Shown here in pieces: positions 40,914 through 53,329 of a stretch of DNA of 64,000 nucleotides. Position 1 is the first letter of the stretch. Every line of letters begins with the position of its first letter. The position numbers were made by a program, and so were the translations under genes. Below the pieces are notes generated by a model. That model made no database searches. It was not told the origin of the DNA and worked only from the letters and a program-made list of their open reading frames with translations. Source of the DNA: Octopus vulgaris. Taxonomy: Eukaryota. The stretch lies in the NCBI GenBank assembly GCA_951406725.2, contig OX597817.1, positions 64,604,001 to 64,668,000 on the forward strand. Reading direction: 5' to 3'.

Positions 40914-40914
40914 G

Positions 40915-41541
40915 AGGTAGCTGCATGGTTAAGAAGTTCACTTTCCAACAACATTTCCAGATTCAGTCCTACTGCATGGCACCTTGGGTAAATATCTTCT
41001 ACTATAACTCTGAGTCAACCTTGTGAAAGAAGCACTTCCTCTGCGTGTTTGTATTTATATGTGCATGTTTGTGTTTGTGTACATTCACATTTCCTTTATC
41101 TTCACATCTGTCCACTGGTTGCAAACACAGGCTTCAATATTCACACAGGCAGTATCATTTGCTTGCAGTCCACCACAAAAGCACATCCGGCCTACTTGAC
41201 GCTGCTTTTAACATGTTGTGCAATATTTGTAAACAAAAGCCTCATTCACATGGTGTCATTTGTTTCCAGATTCTCCATGACCAATGTCTGAGCTGTTTGT
41301 TGCTCGATAAACTGAAAGATTATTACTTCACTAGGAAACAGGTGTGGGTTGGCATCAGGAAATGCAACTGGCCATAGAAAACTCTGACCCAACATACTTT
41401 TGTCTAACCCATGCAAAGCATAGAAAAGTAGATGTTAAACCAATGATGATATTGATGATGGGGATTGTGGTGGAGGTAGTTGTGGTGGCAATGATGATGA
41501 TGATAATAAGGATTATAATGATGATGATGATGAAGATGTCA

Positions 41542-41575
<34 letters not shown>

Positions 41576-41615
41576 CGATGACAACGGCAGCCAATGATGG
41601 TGATGACGATGATGA
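40915..41615 (+). mobile_element. SINE with tRNA head and RTE-type tail running into a (GAT)n expansion
   Basis: Head GATTCAGTCC..GCATGGCACCTTGGG; tail ACCCATGCAAAGCATAGAAAAGTAGATGTTAAA then (GAT)n. Confidence 0.7.
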
Positions 41616-41912
41616 GCAGGATGTTCTATATTAATAATTTATATCACATCAGGCTCTTCACTTGTTGCGAGCCCTTTATTCAATTAATGTTCACTGCTTT
41701 GATGCCTATAATACATTCATTTTTAAATATATATATATATATATACATACTCACATACTCACACAGATATGTGTATATGTGTTATAAAAGCATATTGACA
41801 ATTCTATTCCCTCTGTTTAGTGTGAAGGATGATCTATACTGCTGATGCTTTTCACCTTGAAAGATCTTACAAAATATACATAGTAAATTAACAAATGAAA
41901 TCTAGTTAATAC

Positions 41913-42043
41913 CAAGCTGTAATGTTGTTTTTTGTTCTGGTTCCACACCAGTGATTGTCCTTAACAAGTTAGATTCAAGTTCTAACAGGTTATATTGCTG
42001 TTTTGCCAGTCCAGTTTTGACATCTGCCAAGGCTTCAGAGAAC
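41913..42043 (-). CDS. Isolated candidate coding exon, helical/coiled-coil-like peptide
   Basis: aatatcag|...CTTG|gtatta, 131 nt, stop-free: FSEALADVKTGLAKQQYNLLELESNLLRTITGVEPEQKTTLQL; protein-like composition; no partner exon confirmed. Confidence 0.4.
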
Positions 42044-42292
42044 CTGATATTAAGTGCACATAGGTGATGAGACTGAATGTACAAAATAGTCAATTGTCTA
42101 ATGATTTTCTTTTCTTTTATTTCTTTGCTTGATAAGTATCCATCCTCATTTACTATAATACACACACACACACACACACACAACAGTTTGATTCAATTCC
42201 ATGCAACTTAAATTTTCATAGGTTTGCCAAATACCCCTATCTTGTTAGGATCATAGAAACCAAATATGCTTCAGATATATATTATATATATA

Positions 42293-42334
<42 letters not shown>

Positions 42335-43943
42335 TACACATATATGTATATGTATATATATATACACACAGACACACACACATACTTTATATTTCATTAA
42401 AAGTTTTATATCTTCATACACTTTTTTATAATTCTAAGTACCTTTTAATTATTTACCTTATATTTAATATCTAATTTTTCTTATTGTTATAATATTAAAG
42501 CTCTGCTATTTTATAGTTGGCTTCTTTATTCCCAAAGTCATGGCTTAGGGCTTTGACCCATAACCTTTATTCCATTATCCTTCAAAGTTTTTTCCTCTTT
42601 TAGTATTATGGTAATTAATAATGGTTGGTTGGATTTCTTACTTTTTTTCCTTTATTCTCTCCTCTCCATCATTCGATTCCCTGTTACTGACCTCTGCCTT
42701 ATCTGGTAGAAGAGAAAAAGCTTGTGAATTGGTTCCATCACAAATGACCTTGGTTCTTTAGTAGGTTTATCTGACCACAAATCATTTTCTTACCACTTAC
42801 CAGAAGACAATAAACAACTCCTTCATAGATATATCCCAGACTAACAGAGCTGGAGAAGTGGCTTTCTCTATTGCTAGAAGTCACTGGAGGTTGCTTATTC
42901 CTTCCCCTTCATAGAAATCCTACTAACCTCTATTTTTTTCTGATCTGATTAAATATGCATTATTTTGGTAAATTCATTCTGTCAACTGAAACAGTAGCAG
43001 TATCATTGAAAATGCTTTGCTCAGTGGATTTAAACTACATTAAATCATTTTGAATGTCCTTAATTCATGTATTCATCCAAAGAAAATAGTTTCTTTATAA
43101 TGATATAATGTAGTCATTAATAAATTAAAGGAGTCACTGGAAATGGCTGTAATGAATTGACACCTGCCCTTCGATTGTTATTTATTTATATTCAATTAAC
43201 GTGTGTGTGTGTGTGTGTGTAGGGAACATGTAACACAGGGAATTTCAAACTGCTAGCACTATTTTTTCCCTTCTCTCAACTGGATGCATTACTCAACCTC
43301 TATTTTGAACAATGTACTTACCTAGGAATGTATATAAGGAAGAACCCTTTCATATGGATCTGAATAAACTTCCCTACCCCCAGAACACGATAATCTATAA
43401 ACTATAATGAACCATGAACTGTCTACCATGCTACACATTTTTCTACAACAAATGTTCCTGCCTATTATTTCCTGCTTATATTTCTTATATTTCTCCAGTG
43501 ATGGATTACCCAGTATATGGAGACTTGGATCGATACAATGATCCAGTACCTGGGATATCCCAGAAACAGCTGTAAGAGACTATATCTATTAATTCTACCT
43601 ACATTGCATTAGCATTAACTCTCTTAGATCAAACTAAACTAAATAAATTTTAAATGCCTTGGTTAATTGTTTACCTTTTATTCAATTTATACCTATAGAC
43701 TCAAAAGTAAGCTACTGGTTGCCAGTTCTCTCCTAAATGGACATTTGTGTTATCAAAACTCCAGCCCCTGTTTGAACAGGGATCCTAGTGGCTTGTCATT
43801 TGGTGCACCCAGACTGCATACCTAAACTCCAATCATCTGTGTGTGTGTGTGTGTGTGTATGTGTAATGCATATATATATATACACACATATACATATGTA
43901 CACACACACATATATATATTATACACACACACACACACACACA

Positions 43944-44824
43944 CTGGGTGCAGTGAATAAAGTGTCATCTAAATTACTCAAAAATGAAAATAACACATCT
44001 CATTTTAACAGATATATTTACCAAAATTACATTAGAATATCTTGAAATACTAAAGAATAATTTTATTCAATAAAATTGCCATTGGCTTCAACCACACCCA
44101 CCAGATGACTTCAGAATCTCCTGTAACTCTTCTGGATGGTCTCCTTATTTAAGTTGGTGAATGCTGCCATAATCCTCTCCTTCAATTCATCTTTGGTGTT
44201 ACAAGGAGTTTTGTTGGTCTCTTGCTCAACTGTGCCCCATACGTAATAATTAAGGGGGTTGCAGTCTGGGGAGTTAGGTGGCCAGATGTTAGGGATGATG
44301 TGGTCGCAGAAATTGTCTGACAGCCATGACTGGGTTCTCCTGCTTGTGTGGCATGGTGCAGAGTCCTGTTGCCAGACACAGGGTCTTCCAGCAGCCACCC
44401 TCTTTACCCAGGGCAGCACTACCTCCTCCAGGGACTTGATGTAGGCTTCTGTGTTGAATCTGAGGTTGTATGGGAAGATGAATAGAGGAATAATATCACC
44501 ATAACTAGTGATCACTTCAAACACCATGACATTGACTGGACATTTGATTTTTATCATTCTCGGTACCTTTTGAGGAGACAACAAACACTCAGATTGATAC
44601 TCAAACACTCTGAAATGTTCGTATTGGAGTTTCTAGTGTGAATGCTAAGCAGTACAGCATGTCCTTTCCAAACTTCTGGCAGAGAGAATTGCGTCATGGT
44701 GTTTTTCTCACACACAGTACCCAACTGACTCTACTATACTGTGTAGTCAACAAAATCAAAACAAATAATGTGCACACACAAAATTACAAATATAAAATGG
44801 TGACAATTTACCAATTGCAACCTG
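43944..44824 (-). mobile_element. DD37D (maT-like) transposon, internally deleted
   Basis: ORF 44111-44608: VWQQDSAPCH...WPPNSPDCNPL(N)YYVWG with 37 residues between the second D and the third catalytic position (D mutated to N); CAGGGTG-like TIRs. Confidence 0.9.
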
Positions 44825-44986
44825 CATATATGTATACACACACACACATATGCATACATATATGTATGTGTGTGTGTATATATATATATACATATATATG
44901 TATATGAATACATATATATATATAAATATATATACATACATATATATATAAATATATATAGATATATATATCTCTTTTTTTTTTTT

Positions 44987-45376
44987 TACTCTTTTTACTT
45001 GTTTCAGTCATTTGACTGCGGCCATGCTGGAGCACCGCCTTTAGTCGAGCAAATCGACCCCGGGACTTATTCTTTGTAAGCCCAGTACTTATTCTATCGG
45101 TCTCTTTTGCCGAACCGCTAAGTGACGGGGATGTAAACACACCAGCATCGGTTGTCAAGCAATGCTAGGGGAACAAACATATTCACACACACTTATATAT
45201 ATATACATATATACGACAGGCTTCTTTCAGTTTCCGTCTACCAAATCCACTCACAAGGCATTAGTTGGCCCGGGGCTATAGCAGAAGACACGTGCCCAAG
45301 ATGCCACGCAGTGGGACTGAACCCGGAACCATGTGGTTGGTTAGCAAGCTACTTACCAAACAGCCACTCCTGCGCC
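44987..45376 (-). mobile_element. Young full-length tRNA-derived SINE
   Basis: Near-identical to 7521-7916. Confidence 0.9.
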
Positions 45377-46410
45377 TATATATATACGTATATATATATA
45401 TATATATACTATATATATATGTATGTACATCATCATCATCATCATCGTTTAGCATCCACTTTCCATGCTAGAATGGGTTGGACGATTTTGACTGAGGGCT
45501 GGTGAACCAGATGGCTGCACCAGGCTCCAATCTTGATATGGCAGTGTTTCTACAGCTGGATGCCCTTCCTAATGCCAACCATACCGAGAGCATAGTGGGT
45601 GCTTTTTACGTGCCACTGGCACGGGGGCCAGTCAGGCAGTACTGGCAATGACCTTGCTCGAATCTTTTTACACATGCCACCGGCACAGGTGCCAGGAAGG
45701 TGACGCTAGTAATGATCATGCTCGAATGGTGCCTTTTACATGCCACCAGCACGGAAGCCAGTTAGCCGCTCTGGCAACGATCATGCTCGGATGGTGCTCT
45801 TGGCACCCGACTAGCATGGGCACAAGTGCCAGTAAGGTGATGCTGGTAACGATCACACTTGAATGGTGCCTATATAGATATATGTATATCATATATATAT
45901 ATCATATGTACATATATATATATATCATATATATATATATATGTATATATATATGTATGTATATATATATCATATATATATATATATATATATACATATA
46001 CGTATGTATGTATATATATATATTATCTATATATTATATATATTTATATATATATAAAAACATTGATTAGTGAACAAACACCAAATTCAAGTCAACGACT
46101 TTATATAACACCATGCTTCGATACATTTGATCATATATAAATATTACCATGGCCTTTAACATATAAAGAATGCATATATAAAAAACATAGAAGGTAGAAA
46201 ATATATATGCAAATAGAAATACAAATATATAGAAGAGCCTTTCAAGAAGGTATATACAATCAACTAAAAATCTAAATAAAATATCAATCAACTAAAAAAT
46301 TTTTTCTTACTTCCCTCAAATTAAAGTATGTCAAAAAAGTTCATTTCATAAAAAGCAAGGTAGGTTGGAGTCCAGGAGCATAAGAGAGTTCCACAAAATC
46401 AAGTCATACG

Positions 46411-46495
46411 CATCTATGGCCATTTCGGGACTTCACTTCCGTGGCTCGATTACGAGCTAAGATGCATCTCGGCAATGACCCCGCTCATCATGATG
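46411..46495 (-). ncRNA. Type I hammerhead-like motif with altered first core base
   Basis: CATC-aTGATGA-GCGGG...CCC-GAAAT-GGCC-ATA-GATG: stem I CATC/GATG, palindromic GGCC loop, U-A pair replacing C-G in stem III. Confidence 0.55.
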
Positions 46496-46745
46496 AATAG
46501 GAATCTCAACAAATTGTTCATTCGCAGGAGTTAAGAAACAGCTGCATACCTAATTTAAAGATAATAATCTATCGCAGGACCATTCTAACACACAAAATAA
46601 GTATATATGTATATGCAGACCTACATTAAACATAAGTATATATATATATATATACTTATGTATATATATAAGTATATATGTATATGCAGACCTACATTAA
46701 ACATAAGTATATATATATATATATATATACTTATGTATATATATA

Positions 46746-46806
<61 letters not shown>

Positions 46807-47059
46807 TTTTATATATCGTTAATCAAATATATTCAATGAGAATACTATATACTGAATTTCTAATAAGTGCTCTTGGTCGAGAAATGTCTAAACCATTAAA
46901 GGTATTTAAACATTTAATAAGAGCGATTATATATTATATTATAAAATAAGAGCAGGAAAATTACATCAAAAAATCATCAAAGAAGATATACAACCAAAAT
47001 AATATTGTATTGTAGACGCATAAATATACAAAGTATGATTATTTAAAAAGTTTAAAATA

Positions 47060-47148
47060 TCTTACGATCGTTTCGTGAATGCATTACTCTTATAAATGGA
47101 ATCTAAAATTGATAATCATTATTAAGTAATACATCCACTCATCAGAGA
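47060..47148 (-). ncRNA. Type I hammerhead ribozyme motif (intact core)
   Basis: TCT-CTGATGA-15-bp stem II (GTGGATGTATTACTT/GAGTAATGCATTCAC)-GAAAC-GATC-GTA-AGA. Confidence 0.8.
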
Positions 47149-47601
47149 GAAAGAGGCTGAATTTCCATGTAGTCGATTGAATGCCATTTAAAAATATATG
47201 AAAAAGATGTTATGTTGTTTAAAGATATTGTTTAAAAGTTACTGGCATAGATACAATCTTGTGCTAAAAATTTTGAAGAAAAATATACATCCATAGTAAA
47301 ATCCTCTGGTAATCCATAATGGCTGTATGTAATATACATCCCATAATTCTGTTCTCTTCAGTGTGTGATCCATAAATGCAGAAAATAAAACTACTTTTAT
47401 GGGATGTATATTACAAGCAGCCATTACGGATTACCGCAGAAGATTTTACCACGGATGTATATTTTTCTTCAAAATTTTTAGCACAAGATTGTACCAATGC
47501 ATATCTATGCCAGTAACTTTTAAACAATATCTTTAAGCAACATCTTTTTCATATATTTTTAAATAGCATTCAATTGACTACACGGAAATTCACCCACTTT
47601 C

Positions 47602-47690
47602 TCTCTGATGAGTGGATGTATTACTTAATAATGATTATCAATTTTAGATTCCATTTCCAAGGGTAATACATTCAAAAAACGATCGTAAGA
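47602..47690 (+). ncRNA. Mirror hammerhead copy with GAAAC mutated to AAAAC (probably inactive)
   Basis: CTGATGA at 47605-47611; AAAAC-GATC-GTA-AGA at 47676-47690. Confidence 0.6.
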
Positions 47691-47799
47691 TATTTTAAAC
47701 TTTTTAACTTTTTAAATTATTATACTTTACATATTTATGTATACTTTATATATTTTATGTATACTTTACATATTTTTATGTATACTTTACATATTTTAT

Positions 47800-48420
47800 C
47801 AGGAAGACTAACTTTTGACAAAATCTTCCAGAGCACCTCAAAATTCACTGTATCAAAGGCCTTGGTCAAGTCAACATAGACCATGTACAAGTTAGTATTT
47901 TACTCATATGCTTTATCTTGAACTTGCCTAAGGGCAAAAATTATGTCAATTGTGCCTCTCCCAGCCTGAAATTCTCATTGGAATTCTGGACATATGTGAT
48001 GATTGACATTAAGCCACTCAAATGGGTCAGTTTATTTAAATATCTTGGAAGCACAATAAACTTTAAGAGTACTCTTGATGATGAAATCAGTGTTTGAATA
48101 TTTAAGGCTAGAAGTGCTTTTGAAAAATTTTCCCATTATTTCTGGGATGAACTTGGTGTCAGCTTGAAAATCAAAATAAGTGTATACAAATTTCGTATTT
48201 TGAGCAAACTTTTGTACAGGGTAGAAGCATGAACTCCTTCCTGCAGGCATATAAAGGAACTTGAAACATTTCACATGTGCTGTCTGCATAATATCTGCAA
48301 TATGAAATTGCAAGAAGAGATATCAAATGTCAAAATTTTAGAAAAATGTGATAACTCCAGTATGCAAAGTATGCTGTCAAGAATTCAATGCTGCTGAGCA
48401 GAACATGTTGTGCCTTGGAG
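47800..48420. mobile_element. RTE/BovB-like LINE fragment with inverted 5' part
   Basis: 47800-48015 on minus reads GRGTIDIIFALRQVQDKAYE...VYVDLTKAFDTVN; 48020-48420 on plus reads downstream RT motifs (YLGSTI, TLDDEI, LETFH). Confidence 0.75.
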
Positions 48421-49532
48421 GGTAACTTTCTAGGTGCAAACCCATGGTCATTCATGACCGAAGGGGGTCCTTCTATACATATAAGATGGTTACTTCCTTC
48501 AATCTTGATGTATGAATGTTTGAAGAAGAGGATTTTTAAAAAAGAGGGTTAAAAAAATAAAAGAAGCTGCATCTATTTGCAATGGGTGCGTGAATGCAAT
48601 TTGAGTCCAGATTTATTTTCCTTTTTTTAATTCTCTTGGGGTGAGGAAAGGGGGTTTGGGGTTCGTCCACATACATGAGCTTTTCAGAAAATCTGCTCCT
48701 AGCCAAAGCATCGTTGCAGTGCGGGAGGGGCTATTAAAAATCTCTCTATTGGCTGTGAGTTTAGACACCCGTTTACTAATGCCTGTAACCAGGTTTCTAA
48801 TTACAGCGGGGGTGGGGATGTCTTGTGGATAGATACCAGTTCTTCATTAGGCTTCCTGATTAGGCTTCCTCTGTTTGTGTGTGTGTGTGTGTATGTATAT
48901 ATATGCATGTATGTATGTATGTATGTATGTATGTATGTATATATATATGTGTGTGTGTGTGTGTGTATATATGTGTGTGTGCACAGTGTCATTACCATTG
49001 TCACCATCATCATTTTGATGTATACTTTTCCATGCTTGTTTGGATCAAATAAACTTTCTTAAAGCAGATTTTCTATGGATGCCCTTCCTGCTACCAACCC
49101 TCACCTGTTTCCCAGCAAAGTAACATTTCCTCATGATCCAACACTTCACAATGAGGAATGGGAATGAAGTACAGTGATGCTTGTTTCACAATTATCACTG
49201 GATGTCAAGATAAGGAGATGCATACATACACACACACACATGCACACATACACATATATACAATGGGCTTCTTTCAGTTTCTATCTAGCAAATGTACTTA
49301 AAAGGCTTTGGTTTGCCTGGGAGAATAGTAGAAGATACTTGTCCAAGGTGCCATGCAATGTGACTTACCCCAGAATTAAATGTTATACAAATGAAAAAAA
49401 TTCTTAGAGTTGATCGAACTTTTTTTTCTTTCCATAAGATGTAAGTATTTGAAACTAAAAGAGTTATTACCAATAGGCACTGATGAATCTTTCATTGAAT
49501 TCAACACTGAACAGTTAGTTGCTCCATCAAGT

Positions 49533-50330
49533 AGGCACAGGTATGGTTCTGTGGTTAAGAAACTCACTTTCAACTACATGGTTTTGGGCTCAGTCCCACA
49601 GTGTGATACCTTGGGCAAGTGTCTTCTACAATAGCCCCAGACCAACTAAGACCTTGTGAGTGAACATTGTAGACAGAAACTGTGTAGACGCCTGTTGTTC
49701 TTATTATTTATATGTGTATGTGTGTGAGTTTGTAATTGTGTCCCACCATTGCTAGACAACTGGTGTGGTTTGTTTATGTCCTTGAAACTCAGTGGTTCAG
49801 CAAAAGAGACTAATAGGTGCAGGCATGGCTCATGGCAAGAAGCTAGCCTCCAAACCACATAGTTTCAGGTCTAGTCCCACTGCATGGCACCTTGGGCAAG
49901 TGTCTTCTACTATAGCCTTGGGCTAACCAATGCCTTGTGAGCGGATTTGGTAGACAGAAACTGAAAGAAACCCATCATGTGTGTGTGTGTGTGTGTGCAT
50001 GCGCACATACATGCATGTGTGTGTCCCACCACCACCACTTGACAGCTAGTGTTGGTGTGTTTACATCCCTGTAACATAGTAGTTCAGCAAAAGAGATCGA
50101 TGGAATAAGTATTAGGCTTTAAAAAAAAGAAAAGAAGTACTGGAGTCAATTCATTCAACTAAAAATTCAAGGTGGTGCCCCAGCATGGCCGCAGTCTAAT
50201 GACTGAAACAAGTAAAAGATAAAAGATAATAGAATAAATACCAGACTTAAAAGTAAGTACTGGGGTTAATTTGTTCAACTAAACCCACATGGCTGCAGTC
50301 TAATGACTGGACAAGTGAAAAGGTAAAAGT
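49533..50330 (+). mobile_element. SINE inserted inside another SINE of the same family
   Basis: Outer copy breaks at ...GAGACTAATA (49815); inner copy 49816-50225; outer copy resumes at TAATAGAATAA. Confidence 0.75.
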
Positions 50331-53329
50331 AAGTGAAATAGCATGTAAGTGGCTGAATATTCCATAGACATTTGTAGCCTTAACATAATTCTCAGCTGAA
50401 TCAGTCTGATGCTGTGGAACATCCACTATTTCCATCAACTTAATTTCACTCATATGGCTTTGGTTAATCTATGGCTATAGTAAAAGGCACTTGCCCAACA
50501 GACTGGCAGTGAAATTGAACCTAGACCCTCATGATAGTGTCATAAACCACTTAACCACTAAGCTATGCCTGTGTCCAGTTGGGATTATAAAGTTAAACAA
50601 TGACTGCAAGCCACTGAATAAATGTTAAATGACTAATATGATTCATAAAGTGATGAATTCATAGACTTCGAGAATCTAATATACAATTGCCATACATTAC
50701 CAATTGACTATCTGTCTACAAGAATCCATTGCATCACAAAACTAGAGAGAAAACATTAGTTCATAAAATAATAAGTTTACACAGAAATTCTTCCCTAAAA
50801 ATATAAAACCCTAGATTAATAGTCATGGAAAGTTTAATAATAGCAAGTTAAAACACATAACTCTATACCACTGATAGCGTATCCTAGTAACAGACAACCA
50901 CCAGACACCATGTCCAAACTATTTCTTCATTGCTGAAAAAGTTGACATCAACAATCAGAAAATTTTAAGTCTAGCAATATTGTCTACAATAAAAAGAAAC
51001 AGCAATAACAATTTCCATTTGATAAGAGCGAGAAGGCTTTAAGATTTCTGAATAAAAAAGTTTAAACTATGACATTGTCATGACATGTGTATGCATGCAT
51101 GTATGTATGTATGTATGTATGTATGTATGTATGCATGCATGCATGTATGTATGTATGTATGTATGTATGCATGTATGTATGTATGTATGTATACACACAT
51201 ACATGTGTGTGTGTATATATATATATATATACACACACAAATTCATATATATACACACACACACATATATCCATACAAACATACACACACATTATTACAT
51301 TATATCTATGTATGTTTATTTATACATTTCATATATTTACGTGACAAAATCAAACCAAGGCACAAGATAGCTGCCTGAGTGGAAATTATTCTAAATTGCT
51401 TTGTAAGCAAAATGTAAGACTAGATGATGGCTCTTATGCCTGCCTTCTCTTGGGTTGTTATTGAGAATGAGCTTGCTGAGATCATAGCAGAGAAGAGGAG
51501 TTGTGGGGGAGAAAAATGGGCTGAGTCACATCTTGATAGCAGAGCTTCATTATCTGATACCAGTTTCTATTTTACTCATATTAACAAGCACCCACTTTAT
51601 GTCCTCTCATAAATCCCTGACAGATTTTGCAAAGCCATTAATTTGGAACTCATAATAATAGTTAACCTCCTAAAACTGATTTTGTTCTGTAACTTTAAAT
51701 TATGTGCCAGTATTTATTTATTTTCTCTTTAAAAAATATTCAAGAACATTTTCCATTTTAGAGGATAAACCAAAAATTCTTTGAAAATCTTATGAAGCAG
51801 ATGTGGTACAAAATTTTGAAAACATTTTTTTTTGCCATATTCTTCTTTGCATTAATTCAAGGAATGATAGAACTGATGGAATTGTGCTGTACTAACTGCC
51901 TTGCAATGTTTACTTATGTTTGTTTATATCTTCAGCATCTTTAACTCTTATGTCCATATCTTGTTAGGGTTTACTCTGCCTTTCATTCATCTAGGTTTGA
52001 TAAATAAATAGCAGTGAAATATTGCGCCCCTCACCAAAATGCATACTTATGTCAATGTAAGGAATCATTAATACATGTAGTGGTAGAAATTACAGAAAAC
52101 TGGACAAAATTTCTCAGTATTTAGCCATGTTGCATTATGTCCCAAGTTCTAACTTTACGACTGACATAACTTTTCATCCTCTTGGGATCAAGAAAATAAG
52201 GAGCCACAAAGTACCGGGATAAATTTAATCCACTGCATCCTTCTTGTCAAAACTTGCTGCCTTGTGTCAAAGGTAGAAATTATTATTACATGATTACATC
52301 AATATGAAATAACTAAATTTGATACTGTTTACCCATATAACAGTTGTTATTATTATCATCACCACCACCACCACCACTGTTGTCATTATCATCATCATTT
52401 GAGTTTTTCCATGCTGACATAGGTTGGGTCTCCTGTCGTTTTTACCAACTATTGTGGCCCTTCATGTACAGCAGTCTAGCAGACACATCAACAACAAAAA
52501 AATGAAAGAAATCAACCAACCCTAATGTTGCATGTGGTTATTTATTTATTTGTATTTTCCTTTTGCTGTGTTTCCATGCACATATTCCCTTCCCATCAAC
52601 AATCACTTTATAACATGAACTCAGACCATTTTATTGTCCTACCAGCACTAGAAAATTTGATCCAAAGAAGACTGTATAGTTCCTTGTATCCTACATTTTA
52701 TTCATTCCTTTATTTTATTTATCTTCGTTTTTTTTATTGACAATGCTTTTGGCAAGTGGAGGCACTTCCTGATATAGCCATTTCAGAGTGTGGAGTGAGA
52801 GGATTTCATCATGCCACCAGCACTGATAAGGTTACTTTTGACAGGAATAAAGAACCTCTTTTATTCCACAATGTCTCCATTCTGCTTTTCATACTGGTAT
52901 TTCTGGCATGATTTTTACAGATGGATGCCCTTCTTTCACAAGCCTCTTTATTAAATGCATTTCATTATGACACTAAAACTATACAGTTGTCCATGTAATG
53001 ACTGATGAGATCTTTCTACACAATATAACTTTTATCAAAAGTTTCTGGCAATCAACTCTGTAGGTGGAAAGGTTTGACAAAAAGAAAAAAACGGATGTAG
53101 GAATGATATATTGGCAATCTAGCAAGACTACAAATAACAATTTGTCTCCATATGTTTGAGTAAGAATATATTACATCTACTACTAAGGCTCAAAGTGGCA
53201 CTCTATGTTTAGTGTTCCTTCTATCCAGCATTTGATACAAAGGGCTATACATATACACTCACACACACACATGTGCACACACATACACATGCACCCCGCC
53301 CCCATATATATATATATATATATATTGTA

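Larger units (their letters stand above)
47019..47739. repeat. ~720-bp palindrome (arms 47019-47346 and 47397-47739)
   Basis: Arms are reverse complements with scattered substitutions and small indels; 50-nt spacer. Confidence 0.95.

Noticed and set aside
41785-41859. Possible terminal exon (GEKHQQYRSSFTLNRG...) after 41913-42043
   Set aside because: It would need a ~53-nt intron and the peptide is unconvincing
45600-45870. Regularly spaced short repeats (GCTCGAATGGTGCC...) superficially like a CRISPR array
   Set aside because: Degenerate internal repeats of an RTE-tailed retroposon in a eukaryotic context; no unique spacers or cas genes
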